From contig JAVBNN010000009.1 in NCBI GenBank assembly GCA_031551525.1, positions 1,120-65,119 on the forward strand: a stretch of 64,000 bases of DNA. The letters are read 5' to 3'. Below are positions 63,580 to 64,000 of this stretch, piece after piece. The translations under genes were made by a program, and so were the position numbers. The first letter of the stretch is position 1. Each line of letters starts with the position of its first letter. Origin of the DNA: Acidaminococcales bacterium. Lineage in GTDB: Bacteria > Bacillota > Negativicutes > Acidaminococcales > JAISLQ01. The notes beneath the pieces were generated by a model. That model was not told the DNA's origin, did no database searches, and was given only the letters and a program-made list of their open reading frames with translations.

Positions 63580-64000
63580 TGAAAGGATTTAACTGCCGTT
63601 TGTATCTTGTGACAGATAACAATAGCTTGGCCGGAAAAGATTTGCTGTTAAGCATAGAAGAAGCTTTGCGGGCGGGGGTGACCCTTCTGCAACTGCGTGA
63701 AAAAAACATTGGCAGCAAAGATTATTTTGAGTTAGCTTTAGAAGTCAAAAAGTTATGCGATAAATACGGCGTGCCTCTTATAATAAATGACCGTGTGGAT
63801 ATTGCCCTGGCCGTAAAAGCCGCCGGGGTGCATATCGGGCAGGAAGACCTTCCGTTGCCGGTTGTGCGGGAACTTTTAGGTGATGACGCCATCATCGGCG
63901 TCACCGCGCACAATGTAGAAGAAGCCTTGCTGGCAGAGAAGCAGGGAGCGGATTATCTTGGTGTGGGCTGTGTTTTCCATACGGCCACCAAGCTCGATAC
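63579..64000 (+). CDS. thiE: Thiamine-phosphate synthase, 5' part (runs off the window)
   Basis: My own translation from the ATG at 63579 (overlapping the thiM TGA): MKGFNCRLYLVTDNNSL...GVTLLQLREKN...VPLIINDRVDIALAVKAAGVHIGQEDLP...IIGVTAHNVEEA...GADYLGVG. Confidence 0.9.
   Translation, partial: MKGFNCRLYLVTDNNSLAGKDLLLSIEEALRAGVTLLQLREKNIGSKDYFELALEVKKLCDKYGVPLIINDRVDIALAVKAAGVHIGQEDLPLPVVRELLGDDAIIGVTAHNVEEALLAEKQGADYLGVGCVFHTATKLD

Overview
This is a 64 kb core-chromosome segment of an anaerobic Firmicute. Supporting gene orders are dnaG-sigA-trmK-yqfO and miaB-mutS-mutL-miaA-hfq, plus a type-A RNase P RNA. An OstA/LptA-like secreted protein and a long sigma-70 insertion hint at a diderm, Negativicutes-like lineage. 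All calls come from reading motifs in the supplied translations and in the DNA; no database search was possible. In order, the window holds: a BusR-like regulator with an osmoprotectant ABC transporter (minus strand); a dcw cell-wall/division cluster (mraZ-rsmH-ftsL-murE-murF-mraY-murD-murG-murC-ftsQ-DUF881-sbp-ftsZ) that lacks ftsI, ftsW and ftsA; nrdR-nrdD-nrdG; a hypothetical gene with a two-domain PPK2; a small stand-alone glycyl-radical ORF; PfkB kinase, yajQ, dnaG, sigA, a tRNA(CAT), trmK, a Nif3-like gene, a yhaM-like gene, rnpB, trxA and aroH; a sigma-54-dependent operon (aconitase-X large and small subunits, family III CoA-transferase, HMG-CoA-lyase-like enzyme, GntP-like permease, cupin) with its enhancer-binding regulator; a polar amino-acid ABC transporter; a c-di-AMP (ydaO) riboswitch in front of an NlpC/P60 hydrolase; the miaB-mutSL-miaA-hfq block; a xerC/D-type recombinase; htpX; an M42 peptidase; ndk; a pduO-type adenosyltransferase; an EF-G paralog; and tkt-thiD-thiM-thiE. 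The most interesting observation is an apparently split class III ribonucleotide reductase. NrdD ends 15 residues after its Zn-ribbon and has no glycyl-radical motif. A 97-aa ORF 2.7 kb downstream carries a textbook NrdD C-terminal glycyl-radical motif (RRITGYL...KKDEERSRLKH). That ORF sits behind its own tandem NrdR boxes with the same 32-bp spacing as those in front of nrdR. The second most interesting is the sigma-54 / AcnX / CoA-transferase / lyase operon, a candidate uncharacterised organic-acid catabolic pathway. It has a perfect -24/-12 promoter and a perfect 24-bp-arm palindrome about 110 bp upstream. I saw no CRISPR array, transposase, prophage or recognisable defence system.
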